A stretch of 64,000 nucleotides of DNA from Butyrivibrio sp. (GCA_015056495.1 SVGC01000005.1:74982-138981); one strand, 5' to 3'. Shown: positions 46,546-55,745, counted from the stretch's first letter. Notes: generated by a model not told the origin, from the letters alone. Numbers and translations: made by a program.

Positions 46546-48228
46546 TCATATCTCATATTTTCTGTTTTTCAGTTTTTCTTCAAAAACATCATGCTGCAAT
46601 GCTTCGTCAAATATGAAGCCCTGCACGATCTTACATTCAGTGTTTTTCAGGAAATTAAGCTGTTTTTGAGTTTCAACACCTTCAGCTACTACATCAACAT
46701 TAATTTCCGTCAGCATCTTCACTATGTTTTTAATTATGACTTCATCCTTTGTTATATCATTTTCAATATTATCTACAAAGGACTTATCCAGCTTGATGAC
46801 GTCAAAATCAAAGTCCTTGAAGATATTGAGTGATGAGTAACCCGTTCCAAAATCATCCATGGCTACATTAACGCCTATCTCATGCATCTGCTTGACAAAC
46901 ATGGCAAGAGCCTTCATATCCTCGTAACCAGAGGTCTCTGTCAGCTCAATCTCCAGATACTTAGGATTGATATTATATTTTGACAGGATCGTCACTGTAT
47001 CGTCTCCAAGATTGGGATTCTGCAGATTCATTTTAGAGAAATTGATGGAAACCCTCACAGGCTCTATTCCTCTATCCAGCCAATCCCTTATATCTGCACA
47101 CACCCTCTCCAGCATGTACATGTCCAGTTCTCTTATGATGCTATCTGATTCAATCGCAGGTAGAAATTCTTCAGATATTATTATTTCTCCATCCCTGTTC
47201 CATCTGACAAGTGCTTCGCAGCCACACAGCTCATTAGTCTCAATATTGACCTTTGGCTGATAATATGGAACCATCTCTCCATCTCTAAGGAGCTTAGGAA
47301 AAGAAGCGATCAAGTGCTTTTTATCCATAATGGACTGCAGCATTTCCTCTGTAAAAGTAACCATATCATTATGGGTTCTTCTTGCCATGACAAAGGCTGC
47401 AGTAGCATTTTCCATAACACTGTCCGGTCTGTCAGATTCGCGGATATCATATATTCCAAATCTGGCTCTTATAGCCACTGGTATAACCCTATCCTGATAG
47501 TGAACATCTATATTAACTTCAGCAAGGTATTGCAGAAATTCCTCCAGTCTGGATTTCAATATAAGAACTATGAAATTGTCACCACCCAGCCTGCTCACAT
47601 ATTCTCTATCTGTTGCAAACCTGTATATATACAGTGCAAACTGGCAGATAATATTATCGCCATTTCTCACTCCATATTTTTTATTGATATATTGAAAATT
47701 TTTCAGATTAAAATATACTGCAGTATAGTTCTTTAATTCACCATTTTCATACAGGTTGTTTCCAACTCTTCTGATTCCCTGACTGTTGATAAGTCCTGTC
47801 AGGACATCGATGTATGGTGTATTCTGCAGTATTTTAGCAAGAGAGCCATTGGTCATAAAAGTGGATATGATGCTGGAGATCAGTCTGATAGATCGCTCTT
47901 CTTCCTTGGTCCACACATGTCCTTCTATGGGGTAAAAAGTAGCTTCGATATGCTGATTGCGGATAAGCTCATGATGTATCTGTATAGAATGTTCAAAATC
48001 CCATGGCTTTGAATCATACGTGTACTTATAACGTTTATTCAGGCCAGCCAAAGAAAACACATTGGGTATTACTACCAAATGCACTTCTGTCATTGCTAAA
48101 TGCAGTTTCACGGCTAATTTTTGAAGATTACTGCTAAACCGAACAAAATCCGCATCAGAATCAGTTTTAGACATATCTACTGACTCAATAACTTTAGAAA
48201 GTTCTTCCCAAATACTGAAATCTTCCAT
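46546..48228 (-). CDS. Signalling protein: unknown N-terminal domain, degenerate GGDEF (GGDNF), and intact EAL phosphodiesterase domain
   Basis: The GGDEF site reads RLGGDNFIVL. The EAL set is complete: CEALVRW, INFS, EIELTE, DDFGTGYSSL, KLDKSF, EGVETQ, QGF. Confidence 0.85.
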   Translation of the reverse strand: MEDFSIWEELSKVIESVDMSKTDSDADFVRFSSNLQKLAVKLHLAMTEVHLVVIPNVFSLAGLNKRYKYTYDSKPWDFEHSIQIHHELIRNQHIEATFYPIEGHVWTKEEERSIRLISSIISTFMTNGSLAKILQNTPYIDVLTGLINSQGIRRVGNNLYENGELKNYTAVYFNLKNFQYINKKYGVRNGDNIICQFALYIYRFATDREYVSRLGGDNFIVLILKSRLEEFLQYLAEVNIDVHYQDRVIPVAIRARFGIYDIRESDRPDSVMENATAAFVMARRTHNDMVTFTEEMLQSIMDKKHLIASFPKLLRDGEMVPYYQPKVNIETNELCGCEALVRWNRDGEIIISEEFLPAIESDSIIRELDMYMLERVCADIRDWLDRGIEPVRVSINFSKMNLQNPNLGDDTVTILSKYNINPKYLEIELTETSGYEDMKALAMFVKQMHEIGVNVAMDDFGTGYSSLNIFKDFDFDVIKLDKSFVDNIENDITKDEVIIKNIVKMLTEINVDVVAEGVETQKQLNFLKNTECKIVQGFIFDEALQHDVFEEKLKNRKYEI

Positions 48229-48330
48229 AAAACAATCCTCTTAAAAATGAGTTATTTGAGATAATTTTATCACAATTTTGTTTGTTAAACTATGGATTTT
48301 TGAACGATATGTTTTAGTGATCAAATTTTA

Positions 48331-48467
48331 GAACAAAGAATGTCGCTTGCGACATTCTCGCGCCGAGCGCGGTTGCATTTATGCAACATTTACCTATCGC
48401 GCGAGTGCGCATCCTTAGCGGAGCGTTTTTTATATCATAGGAAAGCAATTTCCTATGATATAAAAAA
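48331..48467. repeat. 137-bp GC-rich multi-hairpin intergenic repeat, copy A
   Basis: It is 135/137 identical to the reverse complement of 51225..51361. It contains 5 consecutive hairpins: GAATGTCG/CGACATTC, CGCGC/GCGCG, GTTGCAT/ATGCAAC, GCGC/GCGC and TATATCATAGGAAA/TTTCCTATGATATA. Confidence 0.95.
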
Positions 48468-48519
48468 CAAGCCGCCTATAAAATATAAGCGACTTGTCCG
48501 ATTTTAATTATTCAGAATA

Positions 48520-50289
48520 TTACATTCTCTCAGGAGCATCGAAACCAAGCAGATCAATACCAGTTTCAAGTACTTTAAGTGTTGTAGCAAGAAGAGCAAT
48601 ATAGCTCTGCTTTTTATCAGCATCCTGCTCAGCAAGAATCTTGGTCTCATGGTAGAAGCTGTTAAAGTCATTAGCAAGTTCATAAATATATGCACAGATC
48701 CTGTTAGGCATAAGATCTCTTGCTGCGCTCTCTACAGCATCTGCAAACCTTGTAACCTGAAGCATAAGTGCTTTCTGATTGTCTGTATCTGCATCTGCCA
48801 GAAGCGCGTCCTTGACTACTCCACCTTCCTGCTCGTATCTGTTAAGGATAGACTTGATCCTTACGATAGTGTACAGGATATATGGGCCAGTATCTCCTTC
48901 AAATGAAGTAAATTTATCAATATCAAAGATATAATCTTTTGATGGCTGGTTAGAAAGATCACCATACTTGATTGCAGCAAGAGCAACCTTATGTGCTGTC
49001 TGTCTTGCTTCATCATCACTGATGTCTGGTGTACCTTCTTTAATACGGCTATACATCTGCTCATCTATTTCAGCGATGAGTTTCTCAAGACGCATAACTC
49101 CGCCTTCTCTTGTCTTGAAAGGCTTACCATCTTTGCCGTTCATTGTACCAAATCCAACAAAGTGAAGCTCTGTCTCAGGAAGAACAAGCTTGGTCTTTCT
49201 TGCACATCTGAATACCTGTGTGAAGTAAAGCTCCTGTCTCTTATCAACAACGTAAACAAGGCCGTTTGGATGGAACTCTTTCATACGTGTATCAATTGTT
49301 GCAAGGTCTGTTGTATTGTAAAGAGAAGCACCATCTGACTTAAGAATCATGCATGGTGGGATTTCTTTTGTATCAGTCTCTTCAGCAACATCAACGACCA
49401 AAGCTCCCTGACTTTCATGAGCATATCCATGGCTCTTCATATAATCAACCATTCCAGGAATAACTTCATGTACGTCAGACTCACCTCTCCAAAGATCAAA
49501 ATCAACATTGAGGTTTTTATAGTTTTTCTTAAGATCAGCTATAGAAACATTCATGATGTGATGCCACAGTGCTCTGTAGCCCTTGTCACCATCCTGAAGT
49601 AATTTGGTAGCTTCCATAGCCTTAGCCTTAAACTCTTCATCCTCTTTTGAACGGGCACTTGCCTTAGGATAGATAGTCTCAAGCTCTGAAATAGTAAATG
49701 GTGCTTCCTTAGGATATGCACCTGTATGCTCGGGATCAAAATATGGAAGGTCTGGCTGTTCTTCTTTTAACTGGGAGATGATAAGTCCCATCTGAAGTCC
49801 CCAGTCACCCATATGTATATCACCGGTAACATCATTTCCTGTATATTTAAGGATACGTTTAATACTCTCACCGATAACAGCTGAACGAAGATGTCCTACA
49901 TGCAGAGGCTTGGCTACGTTTGGTCCGCCGTAATCAATGATGATCTTTGGCTGATGACCTGGCATAGATACACCAAATCTCTTCTCATGAAGCATCTTAA
50001 CAATATACTCTCTGATAAAAGTCTTGCTAAGCTTTAAATTCAAAAAGCCCGGCTTAACAGATTCTACAGCTTCAAAAGCAGCATTGTCCTGAAGGCACTC
50101 TGCTACTGCATCTGCAATGATGAAAGGTGCTTTGCCATATTTCTTGGCACCTGCCATGGCACCGTTGCACTGATATTCACAAAGGTCAGGTCTGTTAGAA
50201 ATAGTAACCTTTCCAAGTTCCTTATCGTAACCGGCTTTTTCAAAGGCAGCTGATACTTCTTTTGAGATTAAATCAATTAATTTATCCAA
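48520..50289 (-). CDS. argS: Arginine--tRNA ligase
   Basis: HVGH (HIGH-class) motif and a typical ArgS C-terminal anticodon-binding domain are present. The only plausible start is TTG at 50289, preceded by AAGAGGA. The ORF upstream of it is read-through across a tRNA gene. Confidence 0.9.
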   Translation of the reverse strand: MDKLIDLISKEVSAAFEKAGYDKELGKVTISNRPDLCEYQCNGAMAGAKKYGKAPFIIADAVAECLQDNAAFEAVESVKPGFLNLKLSKTFIREYIVKMLHEKRFGVSMPGHQPKIIIDYGGPNVAKPLHVGHLRSAVIGESIKRILKYTGNDVTGDIHMGDWGLQMGLIISQLKEEQPDLPYFDPEHTGAYPKEAPFTISELETIYPKASARSKEDEEFKAKAMEATKLLQDGDKGYRALWHHIMNVSIADLKKNYKNLNVDFDLWRGESDVHEVIPGMVDYMKSHGYAHESQGALVVDVAEETDTKEIPPCMILKSDGASLYNTTDLATIDTRMKEFHPNGLVYVVDKRQELYFTQVFRCARKTKLVLPETELHFVGFGTMNGKDGKPFKTREGGVMRLEKLIAEIDEQMYSRIKEGTPDISDDEARQTAHKVALAAIKYGDLSNQPSKDYIFDIDKFTSFEGDTGPYILYTIVRIKSILNRYEQEGGVVKDALLADADTDNQKALMLQVTRFADAVESAARDLMPNRICAYIYELANDFNSFYHETKILAEQDADKKQSYIALLATTLKVLETGIDLLGFDAPERM

Positions 50290-50318
50290 TTTAATTCCTC
50301 TTTCTATTAAAACTAAAC

Positions 50319-50390
50319 AGCACCTGAAGGGAGTCGAACCCTCATCACCAGCTTGGGAAGCTGGTGTATTAGCCGTTATACGACAAGTGC
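50319..50390 (-). tRNA. tRNA-Gly (anticodon CCC)
   Basis: Hand-folded cloverleaf. The acceptor is GCACTTG / CAGGTGC (one G-U pair), the D arm GTAT-AACGGCTA-ATAC, and the anticodon arm CCAGC-TTCCCAA-GCTGG. The T arm is GAGGG-TTCGACT-CCCTT and the discriminator is U. Confidence 0.85.
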
Positions 50391-50490
50391 ATTTACAATA
50401 CATTTTAATGCCTGATAATATAAAACGCAATATTCATTTATATGATATAATACTTAGTCAAAGTACGACAAAATTAGAAAGAATTGGAAG

Positions 50491-51183
50491 ATGGCAAATA
50501 AAGAAAACTATTCAAAAAAGCTTGAAGCTTATATAGATGAACAGCAGAAAAACGGAGTGTATCCTAAACTGTTATTACATGCTTGCTGTGCCCCTTGTTC
50601 TTCATATTGTCTTGAATATCTGAGACAATATTTTGACATTACTGTTTTTTATTACAATCCTAATATTATGCGACAGGAGGAATATAAAAAACGTGTGGAA
50701 GAAGAAAAAAGGCTTATAGCAGCGTACAATCAGCAGGTCGAAAAATCTGATTTCACAGGAATGAACTCCAGTGTAGGCGCCAGAAAGATCGAGATCATTG
50801 AAGGCGATTATGATCCTTCCTATTTTCTGAGCAAAGTAAAGGGATATGAAAGCTGCCCGGAAGGTGGCGAGAGATGTACCATATGTTTTGCAATGCGACT
50901 GGAAGAATCTGCGTTGATAGCCAAGAAGTACGGCTTTGACTGTTTTACCACCACTCTTACTATCAGCCCTTTAAAAGATGCTGAAAGGCTCAACAGGATT
51001 GGTCGTGTAATGGGCGAAAAGCATGGCGTGATGTTCCTTCCATCTGATTTCAAAAAGAAAAACGGATATAAAAGATCAATCGAATTGTCACATATGTTTG
51101 ATCTTTATCGTCAGGATTTTTGCGGATGCGAGTTCTCAAGGCTTCAAAGAGAACGTGAAAAGCAGGCTCTGGCGGAAAAATGA
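50491..51183 (+). CDS. queH: Epoxyqueuosine reductase QueH (DUF208)
   Basis: LLLHACCAPCSSY and the C-terminal CGCEFS Cys motifs are present. Length is 230 aa. Confidence 0.8.
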   Translation: MANKENYSKKLEAYIDEQQKNGVYPKLLLHACCAPCSSYCLEYLRQYFDITVFYYNPNIMRQEEYKKRVEEEKRLIAAYNQQVEKSDFTGMNSSVGARKIEIIEGDYDPSYFLSKVKGYESCPEGGERCTICFAMRLEESALIAKKYGFDCFTTTLTISPLKDAERLNRIGRVMGEKHGVMFLPSDFKKKNGYKRSIELSHMFDLYRQDFCGCEFSRLQREREKQALAEK

Positions 51184-51209
51184 GTCATTGGGGACGTCCC
51201 CAATGACTC
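51182..51209. repeat. Perfect 28-bp palindrome GAGTCATTGGGGAC/GTCCCCAATGACTC
   Basis: It starts inside the queH stop codon. It shares GAGTCA(C/T)TGGGGACGT with 21467..21538. Confidence 0.9.
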
Positions 51210-51224
51210 CATAGCTCATTTGCC

Positions 51225-51361
51225 TTTTTTATATCATAGGAAATTGCTTTCCTATGATATAAAAAACGCTCCGCTAAGGATGCGCACTCGCGCGATAGGA
51301 ATATGTTGCATAAATGCAACCGCGCTCGGCGCGAGAATGTCGCAAGCGACATTCTTTGTTC
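51225..51361. repeat. 137-bp GC-rich multi-hairpin intergenic repeat, copy B (inverted relative to copy A)
   Basis: A hand alignment shows 2 mismatches over 137 bp against the reverse complement of copy A. It abuts the leuA-fusion stop codon at 51362. Confidence 0.95.
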
Positions 51362-53356
51362 TTACTGTACGCTACTTCTATACTGTACAGGTGTCATACC
51401 ATATTTTTTCTTAAATAATCTGTTGAAATGCTCAACATTCTGATAACCGGAAGCTTCTGCAACTCTTTCAACTTTCATGTTGCCATTTCTCAAAAGAGTG
51501 CTGGCTTTCTTAAGTCTGATCTTCTTAACGTTCTCACCAAATGTAGCGCCGGATTTTTCTTTAATATACTTGGACAGATAAGGCTTGGAGAGATAAAACT
51601 CTCTTGAAAGATCATCCAATGTAACTGTCTGGTAGTTCTCCTGAATATAATTGATGATGGAATTGATCCTCTCATCCTTGCCATTAAGGTCATTTCTGAC
51701 ACTTTCAATCTGGTTTACAGCTACACACAGAGCATTTATTGAAGATTTGATGATATCTTCATCGATACCTACTCCCCAAAGCTTAACACCATTACAGGTG
51801 ATTCCAACATAGGCAACAGCTTTGGATGATGATCCGCGGCTAAGAGCGTGCTCTTCATAGGTAGATAGTTCATAGCTGATATTAAAGTACTGCTTGAAGG
51901 CATTACTTACTGCATCAAGACGTCCATTACCGTTGGCTGCAATAATATGCTGTTTTCCTGCATGCTGTATTGTCATCTCAGCAAGGATTCCGTCTATCTG
52001 CTTGAAGTGGCAGTCAACAACCTGGAATACAACATCATTATGAACATACTTATCTTCAAATATCTGATAAATACGTGTTGGAGCAAGCTCTGCATGCTCT
52101 CTGTCTGAGATATCCTTGATGGTGTAGCTAAGGTCTGCCTGCATATCCTTTGGAACCATCATTCCATAATTGGTCTTAAGGATATAACTTACGCCGCCCT
52201 TACCAGACTGTGAGTTGATACGTATAACGTCGCCATCGTACTCTCTTCCGATATCCTTTGGATCGATAGGAAGATATGGAACGCTCCAGATTCCATTGTC
52301 TTTTCCTGCTTCATGCCAGGCAAAGCCTTTTGAAATGGCATCCTGATGTGATCCTGAAAAAGCAGTAAATACAAGATTTCCAGCATATGGCTGACGATCA
52401 TATATAGTCATTCTGGTAAGTCTCTCATAGGTTCTGGCAATTGTATTGATGTCAGAGAAATCCAGTTTAGGATCTACGCCATGAGAATACATGTTGATCG
52501 CAAGAGTTACGATATCAACGTTACCGGTTCTCTCTCCATTTCCAAAAAGAGTACCCTCGATTCTGTCTGCTCCTGCAAGGCATCCCAGTTCTGCATCTGA
52601 TATGCCGCATCCTCTGTCATTGTGAGGATGAAGTGAGAGTGTAACTGAATCTCTGTATTTCATATTTTTGCTAAGGTATTCAACCTGAGTCGCAAAAACA
52701 TGAGGCATAGCAATCTGCACTGTTGTAGGGATATTTATGATCACCTTATGATCCGGAGTTGGTTTCCAAACATCCAAAACAGCGTTGCATACTTCAAGAG
52801 CATAATCAACTTCAGTTCCCGGGAAGCTTTCAGGTGAATACTCAAATGAGAAATTACCGTTAGTCTCTTTTGCAAGCTTATCAAGAAGCTTAGCTCCATC
52901 AACAGCTATCTTTTTAATTTCTTCCTTGTCCTTTTTGAACACCTGCTCTCTCTGAGCAACAGATGTGGAATTGTAGAGGTGGATTATTGCATGAGGTGCA
53001 CCCTTTACAGCTTCAAAGGTTCTCTTGATGATATGCTCTCTTGCCTGAGTAAGTACCTGAACAGTTACATCGTCCGGTATCATATTCTTCTCAATAAGTG
53101 TTCTGGCAAATTCATATTCTGTCTCAGAAGCTGCAGGAAATCCTATCTCTATTTCTTTAAAACCTATATCTACAAGCATCTTGAAGAACTCAAGTTTTTC
53201 ATCAAGGCTCATAGGCTCGATCAATGCCTGATTGCCATCTCTAAGATCAACGCTGCACCAGATTGGAGGATGATCAATGTAATCCTTCTTTACCCAATCA
53301 TAAGTACATTTAGGTGGCATATAATATTGTCTTTGATACTTCTCGAAATTCTGCAT
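51362..53356 (-). CDS. leuA: 2-isopropylmalate synthase (long, LeuA2-type) fused to a C-terminal AraC-family HTH domain
   Basis: LeuA motifs are SVDLRDGNQA, LHPHNDRGCG and GNGERTGN, plus a regulatory domain up to about INALCVAVNQ. The last ~100 aa (51365..51694) carry the AraC signature LSKPYLSKYIKEKSG ... VAEASGYQNVEHFNRLFKKKYGMTPVQYR. The ATG at 53356 follows GGGAGGA. Confidence 0.8.
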   Translation of the reverse strand: MQNFEKYQRQYYMPPKCTYDWVKKDYIDHPPIWCSVDLRDGNQALIEPMSLDEKLEFFKMLVDIGFKEIEIGFPAASETEYEFARTLIEKNMIPDDVTVQVLTQAREHIIKRTFEAVKGAPHAIIHLYNSTSVAQREQVFKKDKEEIKKIAVDGAKLLDKLAKETNGNFSFEYSPESFPGTEVDYALEVCNAVLDVWKPTPDHKVIINIPTTVQIAMPHVFATQVEYLSKNMKYRDSVTLSLHPHNDRGCGISDAELGCLAGADRIEGTLFGNGERTGNVDIVTLAINMYSHGVDPKLDFSDINTIARTYERLTRMTIYDRQPYAGNLVFTAFSGSHQDAISKGFAWHEAGKDNGIWSVPYLPIDPKDIGREYDGDVIRINSQSGKGGVSYILKTNYGMMVPKDMQADLSYTIKDISDREHAELAPTRIYQIFEDKYVHNDVVFQVVDCHFKQIDGILAEMTIQHAGKQHIIAANGNGRLDAVSNAFKQYFNISYELSTYEEHALSRGSSSKAVAYVGITCNGVKLWGVGIDEDIIKSSINALCVAVNQIESVRNDLNGKDERINSIINYIQENYQTVTLDDLSREFYLSKPYLSKYIKEKSGATFGENVKKIRLKKASTLLRNGNMKVERVAEASGYQNVEHFNRLFKKKYGMTPVQYRSSVQ

Positions 53357-53595
53357 AAAAAAGTCCTCCCAACGGTAGATACTAATACACATTCAATTAA
53401 AATATATCAATCATCACAATAAAATATATCAATTTCTCTTGATGTATATTAGCATATCACGATTGAGCCGAAATAGCATTGATATTTTTAATCATTTTTA
53501 TTGATGTTTTTTATGCTTTTTTAATTTAATTCAATAAAGTGTCTTGTGCAACAAAAAAGAAGACGCCAAACCTGGTCTGACGCCTTCCAAAAATA

Positions 53596-53697
53596 TTACA
53601 TTGCCCTATAAATAAGCATATATGCGACTGCTAATATCAGTAAAATTCCTATAAAAACAAGTCTTTTGTACTTTTCTTCGGGAGTATTTGCTTTCAT
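53596..53697 (-). CDS. Candidate 33-aa single-TM micro-protein
   Basis: Translation: MKANTPEEKYKRLVFIGILLILAVAYMLIYRAM. The ATG lies 4 nt after the upstream stop, with AAGGA 9 nt upstream. It is below the ORF-track size cutoff. Confidence 0.35.
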   Translation of the reverse strand: MKANTPEEKYKRLVFIGILLILAVAYMLIYRAM

Positions 53698-53701
53698 ATT
53701 T

Positions 53702-55741
53702 TTATTCCTTATCTGGCTCTGCCTTTGGAGCTGCCTGTGGAGCTGGCTGAACCGGCTGCTGTGTTACTGATTGCTGCATCTGTGGAGCTGTCTGTGCCTG
53801 CATATTCTGCTGCATTCCTGCACCTGCTTTAGCCTGCTTTTTTGCTTTAATGTTCTTTATAATATTAAGAACTATCTGAACTAATAGATTTATTATAGCA
53901 AGTCCAAGAAGAATATAAACTACAATCGCAAGGATATTTGTTCTTGTTCCCACAAGATTTACTGACAGATATCCATTTGAAGGATCGATCTCATTGCTAT
54001 ATTCAACTACAAAATTATTCTTCTCATTAACTCCTGTAAGATCACCAAGACCTGATACTTCGCTATAATTTACTGTTCCTATACCTTTAACAGTATAAGT
54101 AAGGTTGCTGAATGACTTACTTGTATATATATTAAAGAATAACTTATCAACTAAAGAATAAGTATTTTTAAGTGGAAGCATTGCCTTTGACTGAGAACAC
54201 AAAATAAGGCTGTCATTACTTCCAAATACTTCTTCCCAAGCATCTTCCACTTCATATGAAGATCCTGAAGCCTTAAGGTCCACAATAATACCTTCATCTG
54301 TCTTGGCAACATTGACAACGTTAAGATCAGTGCCTTCAGCAGCTGCATTTAAAGCATCAGAAAGTGCTGTTACACCTTCATCACTCATATCATCTTCATA
54401 TAATACTTTTACTTCTTTTGAAATTTCATTCTTGTTACCAATTGTAACGATCACATCAATGTTCTTTACAGTATGACTTATCTTGGCTGTATATTCCATT
54501 GTGTTCAAATATGAAGATGAAGAAAACATCTGGTACTTTCCAGGATATGTTTCAGACTCTCCTCCTAAATAAATAGAATTAGTTGCTTCATATCCACCTA
54601 CTCCAAAACTGCCTGTATACTCTGCATTATTTCCAACATAAAATGCCACATTAACTTCTCCCTGGCTGTTGGAAATGTAGTTTTCAAGATTGATCTCTTC
54701 TTTTATATCTTTAAATACAAAGAGAAGATCTGGATTTCCAAGATTTTCTTCAACTGCAAGTTCTTCATCAGTCTCTGCATCAACATCAGAGTCCGTTGTC
54801 TCTTCTGTAGATCCAGCTGAAGTTGATGCTGCAGAATCAGCTTCTCCAGCTTCATCTACTGCTTCTGTCGGTTCAGACACTTCTGTAAAGGCTTCAAGTC
54901 CTTCAACGCCACAGAAAGCTTTAGTCACATCATTGATCTGATCCTTGGTCAGATTAGTTCCTTCAAGAGTGTAGTAATTAATTCCACTATCAGTTGTCCA
55001 TGTTCCTGTAGCAATTGATGTTTCGTGATCAGACATGAATGCTTTGATCTCATCCCCATTACTATCCATAGTGCTCTGAGGAATCTTCAATACGATTGTT
55101 CTGTTATATGTACCGTCTGTATTAACGTCTGTAATAAAATCAATTCCTGTGATAGGTAAAAATTCAATATTGTTAAGGCTTATAGAACCATAGGATGCTG
55201 TACCCTCAGATCCAATAATATTATAGTTAGTAGATGATTCATTGAAGATATATGATCTGTTACTGGAGTCAACATATCCCGCATCTACCATCAGATTCTC
55301 AAACCAGCTAAGAAGTTCCTGGCTTGTAAATTCTTCTTCATAACTTACGCCCTTAGCAAAAACTGAATTAGGAGCTACATAAGTAATGAGATTATCATAA
55401 TATTCACTATCCTCAATGAGCGATTCAACCTTGGTCTGATAATCCTCTAATGAAGTAAAATTGATATCAAAATTAAGTGTTACTACATCATCAGTATTGT
55501 CACTTGAAAAAGTGATCTCTTCCGGGCAATTCTGTTCAATAGTTGCAGTAATATTCTCAGCATCACCATTGATATACTGTGAGTTTTCACTCATATCAAC
55601 GGAAAGAGCCATGTGTCTTGTTCCGCTAAGGTCTTCATTTACTGTTAAATCTGTTTCAAGCTTACCACCGCATCCTGTCAGTATGAGCACTGCAGCAAAT
55701 ATAAGAGATGGTAAAATAACCTTTTTTATCTTATTCAGCAT
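53702..55741 (-). CDS. Hypothetical 679-aa lipoprotein with C-terminal TM helix and Q/P-rich tail
   Basis: Lipobox LILTGC and an acidic low-complexity linker are present. The C-terminal TM is followed by QQNMQAQTAPQMQQ...PQAAPK. No family was recognised. Confidence 0.6.
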   Translation of the reverse strand: MLNKIKKVILPSLIFAAVLILTGCGGKLETDLTVNEDLSGTRHMALSVDMSENSQYINGDAENITATIEQNCPEEITFSSDNTDDVVTLNFDINFTSLEDYQTKVESLIEDSEYYDNLITYVAPNSVFAKGVSYEEEFTSQELLSWFENLMVDAGYVDSSNRSYIFNESSTNYNIIGSEGTASYGSISLNNIEFLPITGIDFITDVNTDGTYNRTIVLKIPQSTMDSNGDEIKAFMSDHETSIATGTWTTDSGINYYTLEGTNLTKDQINDVTKAFCGVEGLEAFTEVSEPTEAVDEAGEADSAASTSAGSTEETTDSDVDAETDEELAVEENLGNPDLLFVFKDIKEEINLENYISNSQGEVNVAFYVGNNAEYTGSFGVGGYEATNSIYLGGESETYPGKYQMFSSSSYLNTMEYTAKISHTVKNIDVIVTIGNKNEISKEVKVLYEDDMSDEGVTALSDALNAAAEGTDLNVVNVAKTDEGIIVDLKASGSSYEVEDAWEEVFGSNDSLILCSQSKAMLPLKNTYSLVDKLFFNIYTSKSFSNLTYTVKGIGTVNYSEVSGLGDLTGVNEKNNFVVEYSNEIDPSNGYLSVNLVGTRTNILAIVVYILLGLAIINLLVQIVLNIIKNIKAKKQAKAGAGMQQNMQAQTAPQMQQSVTQQPVQPAPQAAPKAEPDKE

Positions 55742-55745
55742 TCTC

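Noticed and set aside
46399-46833. A 144-aa plus-strand ORF starting inside tRNA-Met.
   Set aside because: It begins within the tRNA, runs through a strong terminator, and then lies antisense to the GGDEF-EAL gene. It is not a gene.
50290-50430. The N-terminal 47 codons of the 636-aa argS ORF.
   Set aside because: This stretch is the reverse-strand reading of a tRNA-Gly(CCC) gene and its promoter region. The ArgS homology starts at the TTG at 50289.
53393-53595. A Leu T-box or attenuator upstream of the leuA fusion, and similarly an Arg T-box upstream of argS.
   Set aside because: There is no GGUGGUACCGCG-like T-box sequence on the coding strand in either leader, and no leader peptide rich in Leu codons.
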